Positions 1 through 13,355 of a stretch of DNA of 64,000 nucleotides are shown here, in pieces. The DNA is from Terriglobia bacterium. Its GTDB lineage: Bacteria; Acidobacteriota; Polarisedimenticolia; Polarisedimenticolales; JAIQFR01. How positions within the stretch are numbered: position 1 is the first letter of the stretch; every line of letters begins with the position of its first letter. The notes below the pieces were generated by a model, which saw only the letters and a list, made by a program, of their open reading frames with translations, did no database searches and was not told the DNA's origin. Location of the stretch: positions 1,312,001 to 1,376,000 of the forward strand of contig CAVVHE010000004.1 in assembly GCA_963748015.1 (NCBI GenBank), given 5' to 3'. A program made the position numbers and the translations under genes.

Positions 1-947
1 TGACCGGCGAGGACCTCAAGCACGTCCTGGAAGCCAAGGCCGAGGAGACGATCTACGGGCTGTTCGACTGGGAGGAGGCGGAGTTCCGGTTCGACGAGGA
101 AGCGGAGCCGTCCCCTCATATCTTCCCGATCGAGCTCGAGGTCGAGGACATCCTGCTCCGGGGACTCAAGCGCTTCGACGAGATGAAGCGGATCCGGAAG
201 GTGTTCAACGATCCGGGCATCGTGCTGCGCCTCACCGATCGCGAGCCGCCCTCGAGCGTGTTCCAGAACCGGACCGCGCGCGGAATCTACGAGCTGATCA
301 CCGGGGAGCGGACCGTCGCGGAGATCCTGCTCCACGCGCACGGCTCGGAGTATCTCGTCACCAAGTTCCTCTTCGAGCTGTTCCGGAACGGCATGGCGGA
401 GATCTCGGAGGTTCGCCGCATCGCGGCGGAGACCCCGAGGGAGGCCGCTCCTCCGATCGTGGAGACCGCGGCGCCAGCCCCCCCGCCGGAGGTCGCGCCG
501 GAGGCGAAACCGGGGGCCACCGCGCAGGTCCCGGCCGCCGCGCCCGGCCAGCTCCTCGGGTCCCCCGAGGCCGAGCTCGAGGCGGCGCGCGCCCTGATGG
601 GCCGCGGGGAGTTCGAGGGCGCGCTCGAGATTCTGAACGCGCAGTATCGCGCCCGCCCGGGTGAGGACTCCCTCCGCCGGCTCGTGGCCGAGGCCGAAGC
701 GGCATTCGTCGAGAAGGCCTATCGCTACTACGTGCCGCCGCACAAGATCCCGGTGCTGCGCCGGCCGGCCGAGTCTCTGACCGGGGAGGAGCTCTCGCCG
801 GTCGAGTTCTTCCTCCTGAGCCGCTTCAACGGGACCTGGGACGTTCGCTCGATCATCCAGATTGCCCCGATCCGCGAGGTCGACGCGCTGAAGACGCTCA
901 AGCGGCTGCGCGAGAAGGGGCACATCGACCTGAAAGACCCGGAGTAG
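1..947 (+). CDS. DUF4388 (PatA_N-like) domain protein, 5' partial
   Basis: The frame is open from the window start (TGEDLKHVLEAKAEETIYGLFDWEEAEFRF...EDILLRGLKRFDEM), typical of the DUF4388 C-terminus. It is followed by a Pro/Ala linker, a TPR-like helix pair and a wHTH-like end (LSPVEFFLLSRFNGTWDVRSI). Confidence 0.7.
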   Translation, partial: TGEDLKHVLEAKAEETIYGLFDWEEAEFRFDEEAEPSPHIFPIELEVEDILLRGLKRFDEMKRIRKVFNDPGIVLRLTDREPPSSVFQNRTARGIYELITGERTVAEILLHAHGSEYLVTKFLFELFRNGMAEISEVRRIAAETPREAAPPIVETAAPAPPPEVAPEAKPGATAQVPAAAPGQLLGSPEAELEAARALMGRGEFEGALEILNAQYRARPGEDSLRRLVAEAEAAFVEKAYRYYVPPHKIPVLRRPAESLTGEELSPVEFFLLSRFNGTWDVRSIIQIAPIREVDALKTLKRLREKGHIDLKDPE

Positions 948-1052
948 CGAGGCGGGCGTATCCCCGCGAGTCCGGATTGCATCCTCTGGTCCGAGGGATC
1001 CGGCGGGCGAGGCGCGGTGCGCGTCCGGGATCGGGCCCGCGAGGAGGCGCAA

Positions 1053-1256
1053 TTGCCGATCTACGAGTTCAGGTGCCGGGGGTGCGGCTCGACGTTCGAA
1101 GCGATCCGGCCGCTCGGCGACTCCGGCGAGGAGCTCGAATGTCCCTCGTGCGGTGCTCCCGGCCCGGAAAAGCAGCTTTCCGTCTTCTCCGCGTCGTCCG
1201 GAGGATCCGGACGGGCCACCGAGTCCCGGGGGTCCTGCGGCTCCGGTTTCCGCTGA
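1053..1256 (+). CDS. FmdB family zinc-ribbon regulatory protein
   Basis: TTG start after GAGGAGG (1041-1047); PIYEFRCRGCG...CPSCG motif. Confidence 0.85.
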   Translation: MPIYEFRCRGCGSTFEAIRPLGDSGEELECPSCGAPGPEKQLSVFSASSGGSGRATESRGSCGSGFR

Positions 1257-1258
1257 GC

Positions 1259-1660
1259 CTAGCCGACGAGGCCCCGGTCGGGGCCTCCCTCCAGGACCAC
1301 CACCGCTCCCGCCATTCCCCGCTGATGCGTCAGGCTGACGTGGGCCCTGAGCACGCCCAGGGCGTCGGCGCGAGCCTTGGCGGCCCCCAGGAGGCGCAAT
1401 TCCGGCCGGCCGCCTTCGGTCTTCAGCACCTCAACCTGCTGAAAAGAAAGCCCCTGCGCCCATCCGGTCCCCAGCGCCTTGAGACAGGCTTCCTTCGCCG
1501 CGAATCGTGCCGCGAGGGCTAGGGCTCGATCCGCCCGGCCGGCGCAGTCCCCGAGCTCGGACTCCGTGAAGACCCTGGCCTCGAAGCGGCCGTCGTGCTC
1601 CGCGAGGGCCCGGGTCATCCTGGAGACCTCCAAGAGGTCGAACCCGATTCCGAGGATCAT
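1259..1660 (-). CDS. acpS: holo-[acyl-carrier-protein] synthase
   Basis: MILGIGFDLLEV; ARFAAKEACLKALGTG; HVSLTH motifs. Confidence 0.95.
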   Translation of the reverse strand: MILGIGFDLLEVSRMTRALAEHDGRFEARVFTESELGDCAGRADRALALAARFAAKEACLKALGTGWAQGLSFQQVEVLKTEGGRPELRLLGAAKARADALGVLRAHVSLTHQRGMAGAVVVLEGGPDRGLVG

Positions 1661-1708
1661 CGTCGTCCCCCGAGGATCGTTATCAGTGGCCGGATGGTCG
1701 AAGCCGGA

Positions 1709-1717
1709 TGGTATAAT
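1709..1717 (+). promoter_or_regulatory. extended -10 promoter (TGgTATAAT) upstream of the NYN gene
   Basis: Perfect TATAAT with a TGn extension in a GC-rich background, about 115 nt before ATG 1832. Confidence 0.55.
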
Positions 1718-1831
1718 ACGCCCGCTCGACGGTGACGTCCGCAACGAGGAAGTCCTTGTTGTGGAAAGACTTGTTCCGTCCGTGACGAGGTCGGGGCCGA
1801 GTGTGAGGCGCATTCAGCAGGGACTTCGGAC

Positions 1832-3436
1832 ATGAGCCGCCCCGAGCGCGAGATCTTCGATCGGCTCGGCGCGCGGGGGCTCGTCCGCGTGCTGGACGAT
1901 CTCTTCGACCAGGGACACCTGGTGCGGCTCGCGAACGCCTGCGGGCTCCGATACCCCGGCATGCGGACCCAATCGCAGAAGCGCGACCGGATCCTCTCGG
2001 ACCTCGCCGAGCGGTCGGGTCGCGAAGAGAGCGCCCGCAAGGCGATCCTCCGGGCGCTCCGCAAGGAGACCGCGGACGCCGCGCGGGCGTGGGCGGCGAT
2101 GGCCCCCAAGGACCGGGAGCGCGAGCTGGCGGAGGAAGCCGCCCTCGAGACCGAGCGCAGGCTGGGGCTGCGCATCTTCCTCCTCGCGTCCGACGCGTCG
2201 GACGCTGCGGGCGAAGAGGCCCTCTCGCGCCTGCTCGCCCGGGAGCAAGCCCGGCGGGCGGCGACACCCGCCGCCGACGCGCCCGCCCCCCGGGATCCGG
2301 AGCAGGTCGCGCGGGAAACCGTGCGCCTGAAGAAGAAGGTCACCGAGCTCCAGAAGAAGGTTGCTTACCTCGAAGGACAGATCGGCAAGGGCCGCGAGAC
2401 GGAGAAGGCGCTGAAGCGCGACCTCATCCAGCGGAAGGGAGAGCTCGCGGAAGCGCGCATGCTCAACGAGCAGCTCCGGCGCGAGGTGCAGGAGGCTCGC
2501 GGCGCCGCGACCGACTCCACCGCGGCGCAGTCATCCACCACCCCCTCGGAGGCCGCAGCCGCCGAGGTCGTCGCCTCGGTCCGCAAGCTGGCGGCGGAGC
2601 AGCGCCGGCTCAATCATCGCCTCGAGAAGATGTCGGACGCGCCTCCGCCGATCGCCTCGGTCGCGCCGGACGCGCTCGCGCCGGCGCTGTCGGCGCTCGA
2701 CGAGCTGCACAGGGAGATCGCGGGACTGAGGCGCGAGAGGAAGAAGGACCTGCAGGAGCAGGGAACGCGTCTCGACGAGCTGACGACCGAGATCCGCTCG
2801 TACCGCGTCGCCGCGCAGGCGGCCATCCCGGCGCCGAAGACCCCGGCCCGGCGCAAGGGAGAGCCCGAGCGGGTCGGCGTCTTCGTGGACGTGCAGAACA
2901 TGTACTACGCGGCCCGCCAGCTCAAGGGGAAACTCGATTTCGACGCCTTGCTGCAGGCCGCGGTGCGCGACCGGCGCCTGATCCGGGCCACGGCCTACGT
3001 CGTCGAGACGAAGGAGATCGACCAGTCCGGCTTCATCGCGCTGCTCGAGCAGCGCGCCATCGAGGTCCGTCGAAAGACCCTGAAGATCCGCGCGGACGGA
3101 TCCATGAAGGGCGACTGGGACATGGAGATGGCCCTCGACATTCTCGACGCGGCTCCCCGCCTCGACGTCGTGGTGCTGGTGACCGGCGACGGCGACTTCA
3201 CGTCCCTCGTCAGCCGGGTCAAGGGAATGGGGCCGCGCGTCGAGGTGATCGGGTTCCCGCGCAGCACCGCCAAATCGCTGATCGAGGCCGCGGACCGGTT
3301 CCAGCCGCTCGACCGGAAGTTCATGATCCGCACGGGCGTCGACACGAAGCCTCATCCCGGCCCCGACGAGCCCCCCGCCCCATCGCCCGAGCCGGAGCCC
3401 TCCGAGGAGCCCGTCCCCGCCGGCCACGCCGGCTGA
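1832..3436 (+). CDS. NYN (LabA/DUF88, PIN-like) domain protein with long N-terminal coiled coil
   Basis: C-terminal VFVDVQNMYY...KGDWDMEMALD...LVTGDGDF motifs; heptad-rich central region. Confidence 0.85.
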   Translation: MSRPEREIFDRLGARGLVRVLDDLFDQGHLVRLANACGLRYPGMRTQSQKRDRILSDLAERSGREESARKAILRALRKETADAARAWAAMAPKDRERELAEEAALETERRLGLRIFLLASDASDAAGEEALSRLLAREQARRAATPAADAPAPRDPEQVARETVRLKKKVTELQKKVAYLEGQIGKGRETEKALKRDLIQRKGELAEARMLNEQLRREVQEARGAATDSTAAQSSTTPSEAAAAEVVASVRKLAAEQRRLNHRLEKMSDAPPPIASVAPDALAPALSALDELHREIAGLRRERKKDLQEQGTRLDELTTEIRSYRVAAQAAIPAPKTPARRKGEPERVGVFVDVQNMYYAARQLKGKLDFDALLQAAVRDRRLIRATAYVVETKEIDQSGFIALLEQRAIEVRRKTLKIRADGSMKGDWDMEMALDILDAAPRLDVVVLVTGDGDFTSLVSRVKGMGPRVEVIGFPRSTAKSLIEAADRFQPLDRKFMIRTGVDTKPHPGPDEPPAPSPEPEPSEEPVPAGHAG

Positions 3437-3438
3437 CC

Positions 3439-3530
3439 CTCGCTCCCCCAAGGTTCAGGCGCGGCATCGCCTCCGACGGCTATAAACGCCGTCTTCCGGC
3501 GACGCCGCGCCTGAACCTCGTGGGAGCGAG
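3439..3530. repeat. 92-nt long imperfect inverted repeat (hairpin)
   Basis: CTCGCTCCC/GGGAGCGAG, AGGTTCAGGCGCGGC/GCCGCGCCTGAACCT, TCGCC/GGCGA and GACGGC/GCCGTC pair around the loop TATAAAC. Confidence 0.85.
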
Positions 3531-3617
3531 ACCCGCGCGGCGGCCGCCCGGAGTGCGTGTATCATCGCGCCTCGCGCGCGTCCCGGGCCGGGCCGCGCCC
3601 CGAGCAGGGAGAGGCCG

Positions 3618-5313
3618 ATGAGCCATTCGATCCTGAGGACGAAGCCGCTTTCGCTGATCGTCGCCGACACGGGCGACCAGGCGCACGCGCTGCGCAAGAC
3701 CCTCGGCGCCTGGGACCTCGTCGCGATCGGGATCGGGTGCATCATCGGCGTCGGCATCTTCGTGCTCCCAGGAGTCGAGGCCGCCACGCACGCCGGGCCG
3801 GGCATCATCCTCTCCTTCGCGATCGCCGCCCTCGCCTGCGGCTGCTCCGCCCTCTGCTACGCCGAGCTCGCGGCCATGATCCCCGTCGCCGGCAGCGCCT
3901 ACACCTACGGTTACGCGACCCTCGGCGAGATCGTGGGCTGGATCATCGGCTGGGATCTGATCCTGGAGTACATGGTCGGGGCGAGCCTCGTCGCGATCGG
4001 CTGGTCGGCCTATCTCGTCAACCTCGTCGACCACGCGCTGGCCGGGTCCGGCATGAGCATTCCGCACGCGATCGTGGCCGCGCCGTGGGGGCAGAATCCG
4101 GGGGTGATCAATCTCCCGGCGGCGGCCATCGTGCTGTTCCTCACCTGGCTGCTCGTCCGCGGCATCAAGGAGAGCGCGCGGGTCAACCTCGTCATCGTCA
4201 TCGTCAAGGTCGCGGTGATCGTGACCTTCGTCCTGCTGACGGTCTGGTACGTCCACCCGTCGAACTGGACGCCGTTCCTCCCCTTCGGCTTCAAGGGGGT
4301 CGCCACGGCGGCGGCAATCGTCTTCCTGGCGTACGTCGGATTCGACGCGGTCTCCACGACCGCCGAGGAGGCCGTCAACCCGCAGCGGGACCTTCCGATC
4401 GGGATCATCGGATCTCTCGTCGTCGCGACCGTGCTCTACATGATCGTCGCCGCCATCATGACCGGCATCGTCCCCTACCAGCAGCTCAACGTCGGCGATC
4501 CGGTCGCGCTGGTGCTCAACGTCCTCGAGATGCCCTGGGCGTCCATGCTGATCAGCCTCGGCGCGATCTGCGGCATCACCTCCGTGCTGCTGGTCCTGCT
4601 CCTCGGCCAGCCCAGGATCCTGTTCGCCATGTCGAGGGACGGCCTCCTGCCGCGGGCCCTGTCCCGACGTGCACGCACGCTACCGGACGCCTCACGTCAC
4701 GACGATGATCACGGGTGTCATCGTCGCGACCGCCGCCGCGCTGACCCCGATCAACGTCGTCGCCGAGCTCTGCTCGATCGGCACCCTCTTCGCCTTCATG
4801 ATCGTCTGCGCCGGCGTGATCGTGCTCCGGTTCACGCGCGCGGACATCGAGAGGCCGTACTCCGTCCCCGGCGGCTGGCTCGCGGCCGCCTTCGTCTGCC
4901 TGCCCTTCCTCATCGGCGTTTCGTTCGCCCCGATCCCCACGTGGTCGCGCGTCCTGATCTCGGTGGTCGGGGTGGTGCTCTGCGCCGCCCTCAAGAAGCA
5001 CCTCCTCCCTCTGGCCGGGATCCTCCTCTGCGGCTACCTGATGGCGAGCCTGCCGGTGATCACGTGGCTCCGCCTGTTCACCTGGCTCTTCCTCGGGCTG
5101 GCCGTCTACGCGACGTACGGCTACACCCACAGCGCGGTGGCGACCGCGGGGGCGCTCAAGGGGTCGCGAGCGGCGACCGCGCGAGCGATTCTCGTCCTCG
5201 CCTTCCTCGCGGGCGCCGTCGTCTGCGGCTTCCTGATGTGGCTGATCTCGCACGAGCTGGCGGCCACGCCGGTCTCGACGCTCGCCGCGAACGCCCTCGC
5301 CTCCATGTTCTAG
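3618..5313 (+). CDS. APC-family amino acid permease (YhdG/YfnA-like), one frameshift at ~4663-4665
   Basis: GCIIGVGIF, AGSAYTY and GFDAVSTTAEE motifs. The protein continues as VHARYRTPHVTT in another frame; removing one C from GTCCCGAC restores the frame. Confidence 0.85.
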
Positions 5314-5334
5314 CCCGCGGGCGGTTCCGACGGG

Positions 5335-9156
<3,822 letters not shown>

Positions 9157-9172
9157 CCACGGGCTCCTTCTG

Positions 9173-10060
9173 CTAGCTCCGGCCGTCGAGCGCTTCCGCG
9201 ACGTCGCGGAGCGAGAGGCGTCCTCCGCGGGCGCGGACCAGGCCGAGGATCCCCAGGCGGCTGAGCGCGAAATCGTAGCGCGTGGGGTCGTCGGGGTCGA
9301 GCTTCCGCAGCGTGTCCGTGACCTCCAGCGCCATCGCCCACGACGGCGACCGACGCCGGGTCCAGCCGAGAGAGCGCGCGAGCCGCTCCACGTGAACGTC
9401 GAGCGGCACCACGAGCCTCGCGGGCGAGACCCGTTTCCAGATCCCGCAGTCGAGACCATCCTCCGGCCTGACCATCCACCGGAGGAAGAGACAGTGCCGC
9501 TTGCAGACGGAACCGTCCCGCGGCCGCGGCAGGAGCCAGCGCGCGCCCGCCCGGTCCGCATCGTGTCGCGGGGATGCGGGAGGTCCCGCGTCGAGGGCGG
9601 CCAGCGCCTCCGCGAAGGCGTCCATCGCCGGCCCCACGTGCGGCCCGGTCGGGTCGGGATCGTGCTCCACGAAGAGCGCCTCGAGAGAACCCGCCGTTTC
9701 CCGGGCGCTTCGAACCCAGCCGAGGAGACGGGCCACGTGGCGGCCGCTCGTGAAGCGGTGGCGGAAGCCGGCGAGGCGCCGCTCGTCCGAGACGGGGTCG
9801 AAATCCTCGAGAAACCGGCTCGGTCTCGGCCCCATGACGTCGAGAAGACGATCGAGGCTGGCGCGGATGGAACCCACGCGCCCGTAAGCGAGACCCGCCG
9901 CGAGCAGGCCGATCAGCTCGCGGTCCTCGGGGAGGTCGAAGCGACGGACGACTCCGAGCGGATCCGAGTCGAGGAACGAGCGGTCGTAGCGGCGGGCGAA
10001 GCGATCGAGCCTCGCGCGCATCTCGTCTTGGGTCAGGCCGATCCGACGGCCGGGTTGCAT
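9173..10060 (-). CDS. TIGR02757 (DUF2400) family protein
   Basis: DP...LAYGRV, CKRHCLFLRWMVR, PLDVHV and DPTRYDFAL motifs. Confidence 0.9.
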   Translation of the reverse strand: MQPGRRIGLTQDEMRARLDRFARRYDRSFLDSDPLGVVRRFDLPEDRELIGLLAAGLAYGRVGSIRASLDRLLDVMGPRPSRFLEDFDPVSDERRLAGFRHRFTSGRHVARLLGWVRSARETAGSLEALFVEHDPDPTGPHVGPAMDAFAEALAALDAGPPASPRHDADRAGARWLLPRPRDGSVCKRHCLFLRWMVRPEDGLDCGIWKRVSPARLVVPLDVHVERLARSLGWTRRRSPSWAMALEVTDTLRKLDPDDPTRYDFALSRLGILGLVRARGGRLSLRDVAEALDGRS

Positions 10061-10114
10061 GCGATCAGGATAGGGAGGGCGATCGGGCGCGGCAACCCCG
10101 GCAAGGACGGATCG

Positions 10115-11233
10115 TCAGAGCTGCAGGAGGACGATCGCTCCGGAGACGGCCGCGACCGCCGCCGCGGCCAGGACGACCCAGAGCCACAGGCGCCGGCGCG
10201 GAGCGGGAGGCTCCGCAACGAGCCCGAGCTCACCGAAGCGCACCGGGAACATCGGCGCGTCGAGCACCTCCCGGCCCGCGACGCGCCGAAAGACCTCCCG
10301 GTTCACGCGAACGACCGCCTCGGCCTGCACGCGTCCGAAGAGCGCCTTCTCGATCCTGCGCCTGCGGTCCTCCGCCGGCGGGTGCGCGCTCGCCAGCTCG
10401 GCCGCCCCCGGATCGCCCTGCTCGATCCGGGTCCGCAACCGGGAGAGATACCGCGACACCGACCGCGGGTCGAACCCGAGGGCGAGCACGGCCTCGAGCG
10501 CGCGAAGATCCGCGTCCCGCTCGCGACGTCGGCCGTACCCCAGCCGGACGAGATCGAGCGCGGCGTCGGCCCACGCGTCCTTTCCCGGAGACGACCGGCC
10601 GCGAGACACGGCCCGGAAACCCAGCCGCACGAGCCGGACCGCGGCGTCCTCGGACGCGGCGTGCGCGATCTCGTGTCCGAGAACGAAGGCCAGCTCGGAT
10701 TCGTCCTCGAGGAAGGCGACGGTGTCGAGGCTGACGAGGAGGGTGCCCGACGGGAGTGCCAGGGTCTTGAGGCCGGGTTCGTCCACGAGGACGACCCGGG
10801 TTCCCTCCGGCGCGTGATCGATCTTCTGCGACACCTGCTTGGCGATACGGTCGAGGTAGGAGGAAAGCGGCGGGATCGTCACGAGCTTCCAGCGGCCCGC
10901 CAGCGCGTTCCGGATCTCGGCCTCGGCTGCCGCGGCAACCGCCGGGTCGGGCAGTTCGGCGGGAATCGACCCGGACCGGCAGTCGGGGCACACGTGCTCC
11001 CCGTGCGGCAGGATCTCGCCGGCGACGAAGGGAAGACCGCACGATTCGCAGGTGAAGACCATCTCGCGGGACTCGTCCCGGGGCGCGCTCCGCGTCCCGC
11101 ATCGGGGGCAACGGGTCACGGGCCTGCCGCCCAGGGTCGCGGTGGGAACGGAAGGGACGAGGCCGGCCGGCTCGCCGCAGCGCGGACACGCCGACGGCCC
11201 GACGCCGCCGACCGCGCCCGTCGAGTCGCTCAT
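10115..11233 (-). CDS. M48-family zinc metallopeptidase with N-terminal CxxC zinc ribbons and C-terminal TM helix
   Basis: Four CxxC motifs; ELAFVLGHEIAH; ERDAD; SAHPP; hydrophobic C-terminus; ATGA overlap with the upstream gene. Confidence 0.8.
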   Translation of the reverse strand: MSDSTGAVGGVGPSACPRCGEPAGLVPSVPTATLGGRPVTRCPRCGTRSAPRDESREMVFTCESCGLPFVAGEILPHGEHVCPDCRSGSIPAELPDPAVAAAAEAEIRNALAGRWKLVTIPPLSSYLDRIAKQVSQKIDHAPEGTRVVLVDEPGLKTLALPSGTLLVSLDTVAFLEDESELAFVLGHEIAHAASEDAAVRLVRLGFRAVSRGRSSPGKDAWADAALDLVRLGYGRRRERDADLRALEAVLALGFDPRSVSRYLSRLRTRIEQGDPGAAELASAHPPAEDRRRRIEKALFGRVQAEAVVRVNREVFRRVAGREVLDAPMFPVRFGELGLVAEPPAPRRRLWLWVVLAAAAVAAVSGAIVLLQL

Positions 11234-11904
11234 GACTTCCGTACGTTCCATGCGATCACGCCCCCCGTCAAAAGGAGGCCGCAGGCGCATCCGCCGATCA
11301 GCGCGGACCCCAGCGGCAGCTCCGCGAACGCCGCCAGCGCTGCGCCCCACGTGACACCGGCCCCGGCTCCGAGCGCGAGCGTCACCGCGGGGCGTCGCGG
11401 CCGCCGCGGCTCGGACGCTCCGGCCTGCGGGCCCCGATCCGCGGCGACCCTCTCGTCCGCCGCGTGGAGACGCTCTCCGGTCGGTGCCGTCTCCGCGAGC
11501 TTGTCGGCGTCGGACGGCGACTCGCCGTCCGCACCGCCTTCGGCCAGCAACCAGTATGTCATCGCCTGGCGCGGCTGCCCCCCGTCCTGGGTCAGGGCGG
11601 TCCGCTCGAGGCTCGGGCGAAGAGACGGATCGTCCATGCCGATCTCGAGGCCGGAGAGGTTCGCGGTGACCGTCGCCTCCGCGTCGAAGGGGGCGGGCGA
11701 CGGAGCCGGGGCCGCGGAGGCGGACCACGGGGCGACGCGCGCGGATGCCACCCCCTCGCGGGAGCCGCTCTCGATCCGGTAGCTGCGGCCGAGCGGCATC
11801 GGGAACGTGAAGGAGCACTGGGAGCAGCGCGCGGTGTGCGCGGAGGCCCTTTCCTCCACGGCGTGGTGGTAGGGCGTGCCGCAGGAGGGACAGATCACGA
11901 TCAC
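11230..11904 (-). CDS. MJ0042-type zinc-ribbon membrane protein
   Basis: GTG start; ICPSCGTPY...RCSQCSFTF; low-complexity linker; two C-terminal TM helices. Confidence 0.7.
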   Translation of the reverse strand: MIVICPSCGTPYHHAVEERASAHTARCSQCSFTFPMPLGRSYRIESGSREGVASARVAPWSASAAPAPSPAPFDAEATVTANLSGLEIGMDDPSLRPSLERTALTQDGGQPRQAMTYWLLAEGGADGESPSDADKLAETAPTGERLHAADERVAADRGPQAGASEPRRPRRPAVTLALGAGAGVTWGAALAAFAELPLGSALIGGCACGLLLTGGVIAWNVRKS

Positions 11905-11943
11905 GAGCGAACCCCCGTTCCGGCGCCGGGCCGCCGGAGGCAA

Positions 11944-11972
11944 AACCTAGGTTCGCGGGAATCGCGGGTCAA
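11944..11972 (-). promoter_or_regulatory. sigma70-like promoter (TTGACC-17-TAGGTT)
   Basis: Consensus-like hexamers with a 17-nt spacer, 40 nt upstream of the zinc-ribbon gene. Confidence 0.45.
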
Positions 11973-11986
11973 GTCGCGGGGAGGGC

Positions 11987-13174
11987 TCAGGACAGGGCGT
12001 AGGCGCGAGCCAACTCTTGCCAGGCCGGGAGGGAGTTCTCGATGGTCTTGTCGGGAACCGTCAGCGAGATCCGGAAGTTGCCGGCCCGTCCGAACCCGAC
12101 ACCCGGAACGACGAGGACATTCCTCTCGACGCAGGCCTTCACGAACTCGCGATCGTCGGGTACGGGGCTCTTGGGGAACATGTAGAACGCTCCCCTCGGC
12201 TTGACGATTTCGAACCCCATGCCGGTCAGCGCTCCGTGGAGCACGTTGCGCCTCCGCTCGTACACCCTGAAATCGATGCTGTCCTTGAGCGAGTCCTTCA
12301 CGGCGAGCTGCATGAGCGCCGGAGCGTTGACGAATCCCAGGACGCGAATCGCGAAGATCATCCCCGCGACGAGCTTCGCCGCCGAGTCCGCCCCCGGGTG
12401 AACCGCGATGTGGCCGATCCTCTCCCCGGCCAGGCCGAGATCCTTGCTGTGCGAGTAGACGACGATCGAGTGCTCGTAGATCGGGAAGACGTGCGGGTAC
12501 ACCGCCCCGTCGAAGAGGATCTTCTTGTAGGGATCGTCGCTGATCAGGTAGATCGGCCGGCCGAAGCGCTCCGACTTCGCGCGCAGGAGCTCGGCGAGAC
12601 GCCGCATCGACGCCTCGTCGTAAACGACTCCCGTGGGGTTGTTGGGCGAGTTGACGATGACGGCCTTCGTCTTCGGGCCGATCTTCGCGTCGAGCCGCTC
12701 GAGGTCGAACTCGAACCTCTCGTCGGTCTCGACCACCGCCGGCACCCCGCCGTGATTGTCGATGTAGAACAGGTACTCGACGAAGTACGGCGAGAAGACG
12801 ACCACCTCGTCGCCCGGATCGAGGATCGTCTTCAGCACCACGTTGAGACCGCCGCCCGCCCCGACGCAGAGGATGACGTGGTCGGCGGGGACCGCGACGC
12901 CCGACTCCTCCGACACGTAGCGCGCCACCGCCTCGCGGACGTCGGGGAAGCCGGCGTTGGGCATGTAGCGGTGCATGTTCGGGATCGGGTGCTCGACGAG
13001 ATGCCGCAGGCGGCGCTGGAACGCCTCCGGAGGGTCGAGGTCGGGGTTGCCGAGGGTGAAATCGTAGACCTTGTCGGCGCCGAACTCCTTCTTGAGACGG
13101 AGGCCCTCCTCGAACATCCTCCGGATCCAGGAAGACTCCTCGATCTGCCGGGCGATCTTGGACGACAAGGGCAT
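11987..13174 (-). CDS. PLP-dependent class I/II aminotransferase (aspartate aminotransferase-like)
   Basis: SWIRRMFEEG, DFTLGNP, NSPNNPTG and SHSKDLGLAGERIG motifs. Confidence 0.92.
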   Translation of the reverse strand: MPLSSKIARQIEESSWIRRMFEEGLRLKKEFGADKVYDFTLGNPDLDPPEAFQRRLRHLVEHPIPNMHRYMPNAGFPDVREAVARYVSEESGVAVPADHVILCVGAGGGLNVVLKTILDPGDEVVVFSPYFVEYLFYIDNHGGVPAVVETDERFEFDLERLDAKIGPKTKAVIVNSPNNPTGVVYDEASMRRLAELLRAKSERFGRPIYLISDDPYKKILFDGAVYPHVFPIYEHSIVVYSHSKDLGLAGERIGHIAVHPGADSAAKLVAGMIFAIRVLGFVNAPALMQLAVKDSLKDSIDFRVYERRRNVLHGALTGMGFEIVKPRGAFYMFPKSPVPDDREFVKACVERNVLVVPGVGFGRAGNFRISLTVPDKTIENSLPAWQELARAYALS

Positions 13175-13355
13175 GGGCGGTCCTCCGGGGCGTGCCTGGT
13201 GGAGCAATATACCACGCTCGTTCGGGGTCCGAGGCCGCCCTCCCCCGGCGAAATGGAGAGGTTTTCGGCCACTATGATATATTCCCCGCTTCCCCGAAAG
13301 CCGGGCGGGCGAAGGGGTGCGAACGGTCCGCCCGAGGTGCAAGAGGAGCGCATCC

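Noticed and set aside
1715..1805. Resemblance to glmS (GACGAGG) or hammerhead (UGACGA-stem) ribozyme cores
   Set aside because: The essential AGCGCC and CUGANGA/GAAA core nucleotides are missing or in the wrong order.
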